From positions 1 through 54,155 of the forward strand of contig JAFDVN010000071.1 of NCBI GenBank assembly GCA_018269025.1: a stretch of 54,155 nucleotides of DNA, in the 5' to 3' direction. Made by a program: the position numbers and the translations under genes. The DNA comes from Acidobacteriota bacterium. Lineage in GTDB: Bacteria; Acidobacteriota; Holophagae; Holophagales; Holophagaceae. The notes beneath the pieces were generated by a model, which saw nothing but the letters and a program-made list of their open reading frames with translations, did no database searches and had not been told where the DNA came from. Of the stretch, positions 8,558 through 17,242 are shown one piece after another (position 1 is the stretch's first letter; each line of letters opens with the position of its first letter).

Positions 8558-9568
8558 GTGAGCGCGAAGATCCTCCTCCTCCACACCGGCGGCACCCTCG
8601 GTATGGCCCCCAGCGGCGAGCCGACGACCCTCGCGCCCGGGCCCTTCCTCGACCACCTGCTGGAGCAGGTGCCCGAGCTCGGGCGTCTCGCCGATCTCAA
8701 GGTCGAGGTGCCCTTCAACTGCGATTCCGCCACGGTGGAGCCGTCCCGGGTGCTTGAGCTCGCCGCGCACCTGCGCGGGCGTGCGGGTGAATTCGATGGC
8801 TTCGTGCTCATCCACGGCACGGACACGATGGCCTTCACGGCCTCCGTGTTGGGGTTTCTCCTCGCGGATCTCGGCAAGCCTGTGGTGCTCACGGGCAGTC
8901 AAAGACCCCTCGCCTTCGCCCGCACGGACGCCCGCAGCAACCTCATCAACGCCGTGGACCTCGCCACCCGGGGCATTCCGGAAGTGGGCATCGCCTTCGG
9001 CTCCCGCTGGATCCGAGGCGTGGCCAGCGACAAGCGCAGCGTGGGTCGCTTCGAGGCCTTTCACAGCCCCAATCTGGAGCCCCTGGCGGAGCTGGGGGTG
9101 GATGTGTGGATGAGCGACGAGGCGGGCCGCTTCGAACGCCGCGTGCCGAAGGGTCTCGGAGCCGCGTTGGAGATGGATATCCTCACGATCACGCCCCATC
9201 CCGGCATGGCGTGGCGCACGGCGCCCGAAGGCGTTCGCGCCGTGCTCATCCAGGCCTTCGGCGCGGGCAACCTGCCCATGGGCCGCGTAGATCTCAAGGC
9301 CTTCCTCGCGGACGCGGCAGCGCGCAAGCTGCCCGTCGTCGTGACGAGCCAATGCGAGGACGGCGGCGTGGATCTGAGCGCCTACGAACTGGGTCGCGCC
9401 CTGGAAGGGGCGGGCGCGATCCCCGGCGGCTTGCACACCCGCTGGGCCGCGCTGGCCAAGCTGGGCCTCCTGCTGGGCGCGGGGCACGGGTTGAATGAAG
9501 TCCGAACCGCCTTCGAAACGAGCTGGGCCGGAGAACCCCTGCCTGCCGGGAACTGGCAGCACCGGTAG
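8558..9568 (+). CDS. ansA: L-asparaginase, type I
   Basis: GTG start. LLLHTGGTLGM (TGGT active-site motif) and IHGTDTMAFTAS. Confidence 0.9.
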   Translation: MSAKILLLHTGGTLGMAPSGEPTTLAPGPFLDHLLEQVPELGRLADLKVEVPFNCDSATVEPSRVLELAAHLRGRAGEFDGFVLIHGTDTMAFTASVLGFLLADLGKPVVLTGSQRPLAFARTDARSNLINAVDLATRGIPEVGIAFGSRWIRGVASDKRSVGRFEAFHSPNLEPLAELGVDVWMSDEAGRFERRVPKGLGAALEMDILTITPHPGMAWRTAPEGVRAVLIQAFGAGNLPMGRVDLKAFLADAAARKLPVVVTSQCEDGGVDLSAYELGRALEGAGAIPGGLHTRWAALAKLGLLLGAGHGLNEVRTAFETSWAGEPLPAGNWQHR

Positions 9569-9574
9569 GGTGTT

Positions 9575-9609
9575 CGGGCGTCGGGCGTCGGGCTTCAGGC
9601 GTCGGGTCG
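9575..9609. repeat. heptanucleotide array (TCGGGCG-like x5)
   Basis: TCGGGCG TCGGGCG TCGGGCT TCAGGCG TCGGGTC, immediately after the ansA stop. Confidence 0.85.
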
Positions 9610-9657
9610 TGGTGCTTTTCACCGCGTTGGATCATGGCAGCCCGGCCTGCAGGCAGG

Positions 9658-9692
9658 CCCGAAGCCTGACGCCGGTAGCCTGACGCCAGTAG
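9658..9692. repeat. heptanucleotide array (CCNGANG x5), inverted relative to 9575-9609
   Basis: CCCGAAG CCTGACG CCGGTAG CCTGACG CCAGTAG. Its reverse complement resembles the left array. Confidence 0.85.
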
Positions 9693-9715
9693 ACTAGCTA
9701 TTTCTCGGACTTCCC

Positions 9716-10987
9716 ATGCTCGACCCCCACGCTCTGCGCACCGATCTCGACGCCCTCGTGGCGCGCCTCGCCGACCGCGGCTTCGCCTTTGACCGCGACA
9801 CCTATGGCCATCTGGAGTCCGAACGCCGCCGCGTGATCCAGGAGGCCGAAACGCTGAAGGCCGAGCGCAACAAGGTGAGCGACGAGGTGGCGAAGCTCAA
9901 GCGGGAGAAGCAGGACGCCTCCCATCTCATCGAGGCGCAGCGGACCGTGGGCGAAAAGCTGAAGGCGCTCGAACACGCCGAGAAGGAGGCCGATGCGGCC
10001 TTTCACGCCTTTCTCGCCGGGGTGCCCAATGTGCCCCATGCCAGTGTGCCTTCCGGAAAGAGCGAGCACGACAATGTGGAAGTGAAGAAGTGGGGACAGG
10101 CCCCCGCCATCGCGAAGCCCCTGGACCATGTGGAGCTGGGCACGAAGCTCGGCATCCTCGATCTGGACCGCGCGGCCAAGCTGAGCGGGGCGCGTTTCAG
10201 CGTGCTGAAAGGGCTCGGCGCCAAGCTGGAGCGAGCCCTCGCCGCCTTCATGCTCGATCGCCAGACGGAAGCGGGATACACCGAAGTCATCCCGCCCTAC
10301 CTCGTGAACGCCGACTCGCTCCAGGGCACGGGACAGTTGCCGAAATTCGAGCAGGACCTCTTCCAGGTGCCCCACGGCGAGTCGAAGCTCTACCTCATCC
10401 CCACGGCCGAAGTGCCCGTCACGAACCTCTACCGGGACGAGATTCTCGACGGCGCGACCCTGCCGCTCCGTCACTGCGCCTTCACGCCCTGCTTCCGCAG
10501 CGAGGCGGGCAGCTACGGCAAGGACACGAAGGGCATCATCCGCCAGCACCAGTTCCATAAAGTCGAACTCGTCACCTTCACCACGGCGGATGCTGCGGAA
10601 GCGGAGCTGGAACGGCTCACGGCGGACGCGGAAGCGATCCTCGAAGCCCTGGAGTTGCCCTACCGCCGCGTGCTGCTTTGCACCGGCGACATGGGTTTCA
10701 GCAGCCAGAAGACCTACGACCTCGAAGTGTGGATTCCTTCGCAGCAGACCTACCGCGAGATTTCGTCCTGCAGTTGGTTCGGCGATTTCCAAGCGCGCCG
10801 CGCGAACCTGAAATACCGTCCGAATGAACCGAAGGCGAAGGCGCAGTTGCTTCACACCTTGAACGGCAGCGGCCTCGCCGTGGGCCGCACCTGGGTCGCC
10901 GTGCTGGAGAATTACCAGCAGCCCGATGGCAGCATCCGCGTGCCGAAGGCGTTGGAGCCCTTCATGGGCTGCGAGGTCATCCGGTGA
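9716..10987 (+). CDS. serS: seryl-tRNA synthetase
   Basis: N-terminal coiled-coil arm, class II motifs (FRSEAGS.GKDT.G..R.HQF.KVE, LNGSGLAVGRT). Confidence 0.95.
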   Translation: MLDPHALRTDLDALVARLADRGFAFDRDTYGHLESERRRVIQEAETLKAERNKVSDEVAKLKREKQDASHLIEAQRTVGEKLKALEHAEKEADAAFHAFLAGVPNVPHASVPSGKSEHDNVEVKKWGQAPAIAKPLDHVELGTKLGILDLDRAAKLSGARFSVLKGLGAKLERALAAFMLDRQTEAGYTEVIPPYLVNADSLQGTGQLPKFEQDLFQVPHGESKLYLIPTAEVPVTNLYRDEILDGATLPLRHCAFTPCFRSEAGSYGKDTKGIIRQHQFHKVELVTFTTADAAEAELERLTADAEAILEALELPYRRVLLCTGDMGFSSQKTYDLEVWIPSQQTYREISSCSWFGDFQARRANLKYRPNEPKAKAQLLHTLNGSGLAVGRTWVAVLENYQQPDGSIRVPKALEPFMGCEVIR

Positions 10988-11412
10988 AATGCTCCCTTGC
11001 CGGCTCTGTGCTGATCTCAACGGTCTTCGGAGTCCTGGGGTTTCTGTTGGGCCAAGGCTTGCTCAAGCGGTTCATTGAACCCTGGGTTGAGCTCAGGAAA
11101 GTTCATGGTCGGATAGCATCAGGATTCATTCGCTATGCTCAAGTCGTGAGCATTTCGTCTCATACCGTAGATCAGAATCAGAAGAAACTTTTGTTGGATG
11201 CGAGATCCTTTTTCCGCGAACAAAGTGGGGAATTGCTTGCAGCCGCCCACGCGCTTCCTTGGCCGATTAGACGGTGGCGGTGGGAGAGCACTGTCCGTGC
11301 CTCTAGGGAATTGATCGGCCTCAGCAATTCGGTCGGGGGTGAGACTTCCGAGATTTTCATCAGATGTAGAACGAATCTCATCAGCATTATTGACATTCCT
11401 GATTTGACATGA
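10984..11412 (+). CDS. hypothetical small membrane-anchored protein in a lower-GC segment
   Basis: GTG overlaps the serS stop (GTGA) and its stop overlaps the next ATG (ATGA). N-terminal TM VLISTVFGVLGFLLGQGLL. Visibly lower GC than its neighbours. I recognise no family. Confidence 0.5.
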   Translation: MKCSLAGSVLISTVFGVLGFLLGQGLLKRFIEPWVELRKVHGRIASGFIRYAQVVSISSHTVDQNQKKLLLDARSFFREQSGELLAAAHALPWPIRRWRWESTVRASRELIGLSNSVGGETSEIFIRCRTNLISIIDIPDLT

Positions 11413-12326
11413 CCTCGGTTGTATCTAGTCTGCTTGCCGTCCGCGACCTGGGTCTCCAGCGCGACGGACGGTGGGCGCTGAAGGGGGTGTCCTTCGAGAT
11501 CGCACCGGGGGAAGCCTGGGGCGTCATTGGCGAAAGTGGCGCGGGGAAGAGCACGCTGCTCCAACTCGTGCTGGGCCTGTTGGAGCCGGACGAGGGCGAA
11601 GTGCGCCTGGAGGGCGAAATGTGGTCGCGCGTGCCCGAGCGCGCGCGCCGTCCCAACCGATCACGGATGCAGGCGGTGTTCCAGGATCCCCACGCGAGCC
11701 TGCCGCCCCACCGCACGGGATGGGAGATCCTTCAGGAGCCCCTCGACATCTGGAAGCGCGGCACGAAGGCGGATCGTCGCGAGGCCGCCGCGCGCATGGC
11801 CGCGAAGGTGAAGTTCCCCGAATCCGCCTTGGCGCAAAAGCCCGCGTCCTGGAGTGGCGGCCTCGCCCAGCGCCTCGCGGTGGCCCGCGCACTCATGCTG
11901 GAGCCGGCGCTGCTCGTGTTGGACGAGCCGCTTTCGGCGCTGGATCCGACCCTTGCGGGCCACCTGCTGGAATTGCTCCTTGATTTGAAGGAAGCAGGCA
12001 CGGCCCTGCTCTTCGTGAGCCACGACCTTCCCGCCGTGGCGCGGCTTTGCGACCAGACCCTCGTCCTCTACGGCGGCGAGACCATGTGCCAGGGGCCGCT
12101 TCCCGCATTGATGGACGAGGCACGGCATCCCTACCTGCGGGGCTTGCTGGAGGCCGTTCCGCGCCTGGAGGCGGGTCATCGCCCCCTCGCCTGGGGCACG
12201 CGGAAGTTGCGCGTGGAGGCTCCGGGCGGTTGTCCCCTTTACGCCCGGTGCCCCTCGGCTCAATCGGATTGCGAAAAGGGCCTGCCCTTTGGGCAGGCCC
12301 TCCGTTGTCGGCATCCCTTCAGCTAA
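11409..12326 (+). CDS. ABC transporter ATP-binding protein (peptide/nickel DppF/OppF-like), no cognate permease nearby
   Basis: Walker A GESGAGKST, signature-like WSGGLAQR, Walker B LLVLDEP, Cys-containing C-terminal extension typical of the Opp/Dpp ATPases. Confidence 0.85.
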   Translation: MTSVVSSLLAVRDLGLQRDGRWALKGVSFEIAPGEAWGVIGESGAGKSTLLQLVLGLLEPDEGEVRLEGEMWSRVPERARRPNRSRMQAVFQDPHASLPPHRTGWEILQEPLDIWKRGTKADRREAAARMAAKVKFPESALAQKPASWSGGLAQRLAVARALMLEPALLVLDEPLSALDPTLAGHLLELLLDLKEAGTALLFVSHDLPAVARLCDQTLVLYGGETMCQGPLPALMDEARHPYLRGLLEAVPRLEAGHRPLAWGTRKLRVEAPGGCPLYARCPSAQSDCEKGLPFGQALRCRHPFS

Positions 12327-14287
12327 TTGTCGTCGCCCACCGCGTCCGCGGATTGGAGTTGGCGCTCGTAGGCCTTGTCAATCCAGATCCCGTTCAGATG
12401 CCCCCAGAGGGAACTGAAACCCGGGTGCAGATTTCCCTGGCGCAGCAGGGTCTGCATCTCGCTTCCAAGCAGCTTCTGGGCTTCCTGGTCCTGGACGCTT
12501 TGTACCAGCGCGCGGCGGGTTTCGAAGGTGAGCGCCGGGGCGGGGGTGCGCGCCTTCAGAACCGCCACCCAGAGCTTGCCGTCTTCGGTCCAAAGCAGGG
12601 GTGTCGTCTGACCCGTGGGCGTGTCCAGCAATGCCTTGCGGATGCCGCTGTGGGCCGTGAGGTCGGCATGGGCGGAGAGGGTGGTGTCCGACAAAGTCTG
12701 GACGACGGCACCGAGGGGCTTCAGGGCCTCCAGGCCCCCCTGCTTCAGCGCATCGGCAGCCTTGGTCTGGAGATCGGTCCGGGCCTGATCCAGCTTCCAG
12801 GCGGTGAGCACTTGGGCACGGATTTCGGCGAGGGGTGGAACGGCGGGGGGCAGTTCCTTTTGCACCCGGAAGACGAGGTAGGAGTCGCCTGCCTGGATCA
12901 CGGACGATACGCCTCCCACTTTCAAGGTGAAGGTCGGCCCGAGGATGGATTCCACCGGGCCGTTAAATCCTGATATCGCCGTGGTGCCGGTCTCAGAGAA
13001 AGGCTGGCTGAGATGGGCTTCCAGGCCGAGGGCCCGGGCGCCGTTCGCGAGATCGCCGCCATTCGCCTTCTTGCGGAGGTTCTCCAGGCGCTCAGTGGCC
13101 TTCGCCGCGAAGCGATCGCTTTCAAGCTGGGCTCTGAGCTGGGCCTTCACCTCGTCGAAGGATTTGGTCGTCGCGGGCTTGGTGTCTTCCACCTGGATGA
13201 GGTGGTAGCCGAACTGGGTCTTCACGGGCTCGCTGATCTCGCCCTTCTTGAGCTTGAAAGCGACCTCGCTGAATTCCTTCACCATCTTGGGCGCGTCGAA
13301 CCAGCCCAGATCGCCCCCGCGACCCTTGGCGGAAGGGTCCTGGCTGTACTGCTCCGCGGCCTTCGCGAAATCGAGCCCCTTCACCAGCTTCGCGCGGAGG
13401 TCCTGGGCCTTCTTCAAGGCGGCGGCGTATTCCTCATCCGTGGAGGCGCTAAAGAGGATGTGGCGGGCCTTCACCTGGGCGGCGGTCGTGAACTGGGCCT
13501 TGCGGCTGTCGTAGGCCTGCTGGACTTCGGCGTCGGAGACGGCCGTCTCCTTCGCGAGCGCGGCTTTGTCGAGGGACACGAATTGGATCACCCGGCGGGG
13601 TGGCTGAAGGAAGCGCTGGCCGCTTTGCTTCAGGTAGGCGTCGAGGGTGGCATCGCCCGGATCCGCGACCTTGGAGGGGTCCGGCGTGAGGCGGGCCTCG
13701 TCGAAGGTGAGCTTTTCATTGCGGGCGCGGTTCTCGGATTCCACCCAGGCGGCGTCCACGGGCACCAGGAGCGCGGCCTGATCCACGAGCTTCTGGCGCA
13801 CCAGGCTCGCGCGCACGCCCTTCTCCATCTGCGGAAGGCTGAAGCCGCTCTCATCCAGGATGGGTTTCAGCTTGTCGTAGGGCAGCAGCTTGTGGGTGGT
13901 GGGGTCCAGCAGCACGGGGTACTGGCTGAGTTGGGCCTCCACGGCCGTGCGGACTTCGGGATCGGTGACGACGACGCCATGGCGCTCGGCCAGCTCCTCC
14001 ACCAGCTTGTCGCGCAGGACCATCTGAAAGGCCTGGGGCGCGATGAGGGGCATGAGCTGGTCCCGGTTGGCGCCCTTGCCGAAGCGCTGGAGGGCCTGGT
14101 CAATCTGCTCATCCACCTCGCGGCGGAAGACCTCGTGCCCATAGACCCGGGCCACGACGGAATCCGGGGTCACGACACCGCCGCCCGAAGGCACGAGGTA
14201 GAGCAGCATGCCGGCGGAGAGGACCACCATGAGCGCGCCCATGGTCGTGCCGTTGTCTTTGAATACCTTGCGGAAATCGCGGAGCAT
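12323..14287 (-). CDS. ppiD: periplasmic chaperone / peptidyl-prolyl isomerase PpiD-like
   Basis: N-terminal TM anchor, SurA-N-like region, parvulin motif VKARHILF...GGDLGWF...F.L..GE.S.PV.T.FGYHLI. Confidence 0.8.
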   Translation of the reverse strand: MLRDFRKVFKDNGTTMGALMVVLSAGMLLYLVPSGGGVVTPDSVVARVYGHEVFRREVDEQIDQALQRFGKGANRDQLMPLIAPQAFQMVLRDKLVEELAERHGVVVTDPEVRTAVEAQLSQYPVLLDPTTHKLLPYDKLKPILDESGFSLPQMEKGVRASLVRQKLVDQAALLVPVDAAWVESENRARNEKLTFDEARLTPDPSKVADPGDATLDAYLKQSGQRFLQPPRRVIQFVSLDKAALAKETAVSDAEVQQAYDSRKAQFTTAAQVKARHILFSASTDEEYAAALKKAQDLRAKLVKGLDFAKAAEQYSQDPSAKGRGGDLGWFDAPKMVKEFSEVAFKLKKGEISEPVKTQFGYHLIQVEDTKPATTKSFDEVKAQLRAQLESDRFAAKATERLENLRKKANGGDLANGARALGLEAHLSQPFSETGTTAISGFNGPVESILGPTFTLKVGGVSSVIQAGDSYLVFRVQKELPPAVPPLAEIRAQVLTAWKLDQARTDLQTKAADALKQGGLEALKPLGAVVQTLSDTTLSAHADLTAHSGIRKALLDTPTGQTTPLLWTEDGKLWVAVLKARTPAPALTFETRRALVQSVQDQEAQKLLGSEMQTLLRQGNLHPGFSSLWGHLNGIWIDKAYERQLQSADAVGDDN

Positions 14288-14325
14288 GCTGGAGTCCTCG
14301 TCTAGGAAACGCGCAATCCCCTAGA

Positions 14326-15822
14326 TTACCAGCCGCTGGCGCCGGAGGCTCCTCCGCGGACTTCCTGGAGGGCCTGGGCCATGCGCTCGCAGGCTTCGTT
14401 CTGATCCGCGACCCCGTGGGCGGCAAAGCCGAGGCAGACAGCCGGAACGGCCCTTCGATGGAAATCGTAGAGCCGGCCTGGGAAGAAGACGACGCCCTTG
14501 GCGGCGCAGCGTTGCACCCAGTCCTCCACCGGCAGGCCGGAAACCGTCACCTTGGCCCAGAGGGACAGGCCTTGACGGGGGTTCTCCACCTCCAGGGCGT
14601 GGCCCAGGTGGAGCTGGAGGCGGTCCACCATGGATTCCCGCCGCTCGTCCGTCACCCGGCGGATACGGCCCAGGTGGCGGCGCATCTCGTCGTCCCGGAA
14701 GAGCTCCTCAATGGTGGCTTCCAGCACCGGGTTCCCCGGCCAATCAATGAGCTGGCGCTGCTTGGCCAGGGCCTTCGCGAGGGGCGCGGAAGCGGCCATG
14801 AAGCCCACCTGCAGGCCGGGCGCGAGGATCTGATCCAGGGCGCTGAAATAGACCACCGTGCCCTTGGTGTCCTGGCTCGCCAAGGGCAGGAGCGGGTCCT
14901 TCTCCCGGTGGAAGCCGAAGGTGAAGTCGCCTTCGAGGATGCGGGCCCCCGCGGCCTCCGCGAGGTCGAGTATGCGCTGACGCCGCTCCGGGCCCATGGC
15001 CGCGTGGGTTGGATACTGGGGGCTGGCGGTGAGGTGGATGAGCTTCACGGGCTCCCGGGCGAGCAGGGCTTCGAGTTCCTCCAGCCGAAGGCCCTGATCA
15101 TCCAGGCCGATGGGGAAGAGTCGGGCGCCGGCGGCGCGAAAGGCTTCCGCCACCCGGAAATGGCCAGGCGATTCCACCACCACCGCGTCCCCGGGCGCGA
15201 AGAGGGTGCGGGATACGAGGTTGAGGGTGCTCATGAGCCCGCGGGTGAGGACCAGGTTGCCCGGGTCCACCGCCATGCCCCGCAGGTCCCGGAGCATGCC
15301 GCAGAGGGAGGCCCGCAGGTCCAGCAGCCCCCGGGGGTCCCAGCCCGGTTGGAGGAAGCGCTGCCGTTGGCGGTTCAACACGCGACCGCCGGCGCGGTGG
15401 ATGGCGGCGGTGGGCGCGAGGCGCACATCCGGCAGATCGGGAATGAGGCGGAAGCCTTCGTAACCGACGGATTGGGGCTGGAAGAAGGGCTCCGTGTCCG
15501 GCGCCCCCGAGGTCCAGGAGCCGGAATCCACCACGGCGATGGAGGCGTCCTCGGTGGCGGGGAGGGGCGGTGTGTCGGTGACGAAACTGCCCCGATCCGG
15601 TCGGGATACGATCCAGCCTTCGGCTTCCAATTCGCGGTAGGCGGCGATGGTGGTGGTGCGGTTCACGCCCAGGCTTTCCGCGAGGGCGCGCGTGCCGGGC
15701 AGGGGATCGCCGGGCTTGATCCGACCTTTGCGGATGCCTTCCCCCACCGCCCGCACGATCTGGAGGTACAGCGGATCGCTGGCCTCGCGGTCGAGCTGGA
15801 TGATGAGCGGCCAAGTCGCCAT
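14326..15822 (-). CDS. MocR-type regulator (GntR HTH fused to aminotransferase-like PLP domain)
   Basis: Start taken at MATWPLIIQLDREASDPLYLQIV (ATG 15822). GntR wHTH (LPGTRALAESLGVNRTT) plus a long fold-type I aminotransferase-like domain. Confidence 0.8.
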   Translation of the reverse strand: MATWPLIIQLDREASDPLYLQIVRAVGEGIRKGRIKPGDPLPGTRALAESLGVNRTTTIAAYRELEAEGWIVSRPDRGSFVTDTPPLPATEDASIAVVDSGSWTSGAPDTEPFFQPQSVGYEGFRLIPDLPDVRLAPTAAIHRAGGRVLNRQRQRFLQPGWDPRGLLDLRASLCGMLRDLRGMAVDPGNLVLTRGLMSTLNLVSRTLFAPGDAVVVESPGHFRVAEAFRAAGARLFPIGLDDQGLRLEELEALLAREPVKLIHLTASPQYPTHAAMGPERRQRILDLAEAAGARILEGDFTFGFHREKDPLLPLASQDTKGTVVYFSALDQILAPGLQVGFMAASAPLAKALAKQRQLIDWPGNPVLEATIEELFRDDEMRRHLGRIRRVTDERRESMVDRLQLHLGHALEVENPRQGLSLWAKVTVSGLPVEDWVQRCAAKGVVFFPGRLYDFHRRAVPAVCLGFAAHGVADQNEACERMAQALQEVRGGASGASGW

Positions 15823-16005
15823 GGATCCCCTGGGAGATGCCCTTCGAGCCCAACGATTGGGCCAGGCCGCGATGGCGTCAAGGACGGAGGGGTCCGGAAG
15901 GGGGACCGGACCGGTGGGTATTTCCAAACCGGTGCTGGAGCGGAGGTTGGCTGCGGCGAAGGATGGGATACCCCGCTTCCGGGGCCGCTTTGTCCGGAGT
16001 CTTCC

Positions 16006-16440
16006 ATGAACCTCAGGTCTGGCCTCACCCTGTTCGGCCTCCTCGCGTGCCTCGCCTGTGGCGGGGGCGGCGGTGGATCGAGTTCGTCATCTTCCACGCC
16101 ACCCCCCGCGGGTCCACCCGCGAACACCGTTTATGTCGGCGGAGACAATGGGTACGGTGGCGCAACGATGACGTTCACGCCCTCAACCCTGAATGTGACG
16201 GCGGGAACCACCGTTACCTTCGTTTGGCAGGGGGGCACTCACAATGTCACCTCCTACGCGGTGAGCGGGTCGCCGACCTTCACCAATAGCGGCGACCACA
16301 GCAATGTTGGGGACAGCTTTCAGTACACCTTCGCCACGGCTGGGACCTACTACTACCGCTGCACCTATCACAGCACGGCCCAGGCCGATCCCAATAGCGT
16401 TGCCACGGGGATGATGATCGGCAAGGTGGTGGTGCAGTGA
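16006..16440 (+). CDS. cupredoxin (plastocyanin/pseudoazurin-like) lipoprotein
   Basis: Only the 3' part of track ORF 14416..16440 is credible. Start at MNLRSGLTLFGLLACLAC (lipobox). Type-1 Cu ligand pattern GGTHNV ... YRCTYH ... GMM. Confidence 0.8.
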   Translation: MNLRSGLTLFGLLACLACGGGGGGSSSSSSTPPPAGPPANTVYVGGDNGYGGATMTFTPSTLNVTAGTTVTFVWQGGTHNVTSYAVSGSPTFTNSGDHSNVGDSFQYTFATAGTYYYRCTYHSTAQADPNSVATGMMIGKVVVQ

Positions 16441-17207
16441 AGGGAGGCCTTCGATCCAGAGCGTTCCTCGCCGCTCTCCTCCTGGGTTCGCCGCTGGCGG
16501 CCCAGGAGGATTCGGATCTACCGCTCCTCCTCAACCTGCCCACGGCGGATCACCTGGCGGATTGGGACATTGGCCTCCGTTTCACGCACCGCTTCCAGGA
16601 GCAGGCGAAAGGCAACAGTCGGGACTTCTATGGCCTCGACAATGGCGCGTACACAGGCCTGGGCCTCGATTTCGGAATCAAGGCGATTCCGGGTCTCAAC
16701 GCCCAGGTCTTCCGCACTTCGGACCGTAAGACGCTCACCCTCGCGCTTCAGGAGCAGGTGATCGCTCGGGAGCAGTGGCGCGTCGCCGTGCGCGTCGAAC
16801 GCTTTGATGAAACCGTGAAGGGCGGCCAGGTGGGGACGACGGTACAGGTGCCTGTGGACTGGCAGCCCTGGGCGCCGCTCACATTCACCCTCGTGCCGAC
16901 CTACCTTTCCCGAAGTGCCACCGCTGAAAGCGTTGTGACAGCCGGCGTGGGCACCCATTGGGCTTTCACCGAAAGCCAGGGACTCATCGGGGAGTACTAT
17001 CCGAGACCCTCCAAGGTGGACGCCGCCTTCGAGCGCGGATGGGCTTTGGGCTACCAATACCGCACCCATGGCCATCGCTTTTCGATCCTCGCCACCAATC
17101 AATTGGGCACCACGGCGAATCAAGTGCTGGGCGGGGATTACCAGGGCTTCGGGCCGCGTCCGTCGGGGGCCTGGGCCCTCGGCTTCAATGTCATCCGGAT
17201 CTTCTGA
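16437..17207 (+). CDS. putative outer-membrane beta-barrel protein
   Basis: GTGA overlap with the cupredoxin gene. Signal peptide AFLAALLLGSPLAAQ, alternating beta-strand pattern, C-terminal ...NVIRIF. Confidence 0.65.
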   Translation: MKGGLRSRAFLAALLLGSPLAAQEDSDLPLLLNLPTADHLADWDIGLRFTHRFQEQAKGNSRDFYGLDNGAYTGLGLDFGIKAIPGLNAQVFRTSDRKTLTLALQEQVIAREQWRVAVRVERFDETVKGGQVGTTVQVPVDWQPWAPLTFTLVPTYLSRSATAESVVTAGVGTHWAFTESQGLIGEYYPRPSKVDAAFERGWALGYQYRTHGHRFSILATNQLGTTANQVLGGDYQGFGPRPSGAWALGFNVIRIF

Positions 17208-17242
17208 GCCCTGGGCGTATACTGGAGGGTCAGGAGAGGCCG

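Noticed and set aside
7562-9622. 686-aa minus-strand ORF. Similar long ORFs: 9698..11020(-), 13013..14305(+), 14416..16005(+), 25995..27560(-), 28116..28988(+), 35327..36898(+), 37591..39030(+), 41737..43047(-), 43953..45275(-), 45434..46417(+), 47024..48508(+), 48543..49610(+), 50246..51937(+)
   Set aside because: All lie antisense to or out of frame with genes that have clear family motifs (ansA, serS, ppiD, permease, peptidases, MglA-like, rseP, htrA and others). Their products are Arg/Gly/Ala/Pro-rich low-complexity sequence typical of shadow ORFs in GC-rich DNA.
9575-9692. CRISPR array as an explanation for the intergenic repeat arrays (also 33114, 43966, 45227, 46321)
   Set aside because: The units are contiguous 7-mers without spacers, each array is under 50 bp, and no cas genes are present.
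11178-11564. 128-aa minus-strand ORF in the lower-GC segment as an alternative to the 10984..11412 plus-strand ORF
   Set aside because: It overlaps the Walker-A-encoding start of the ABC ATPase gene and has no TM or other features. The plus-strand ORF fits the stop/start coupling on both sides better, although its own coding status remains only moderately supported.
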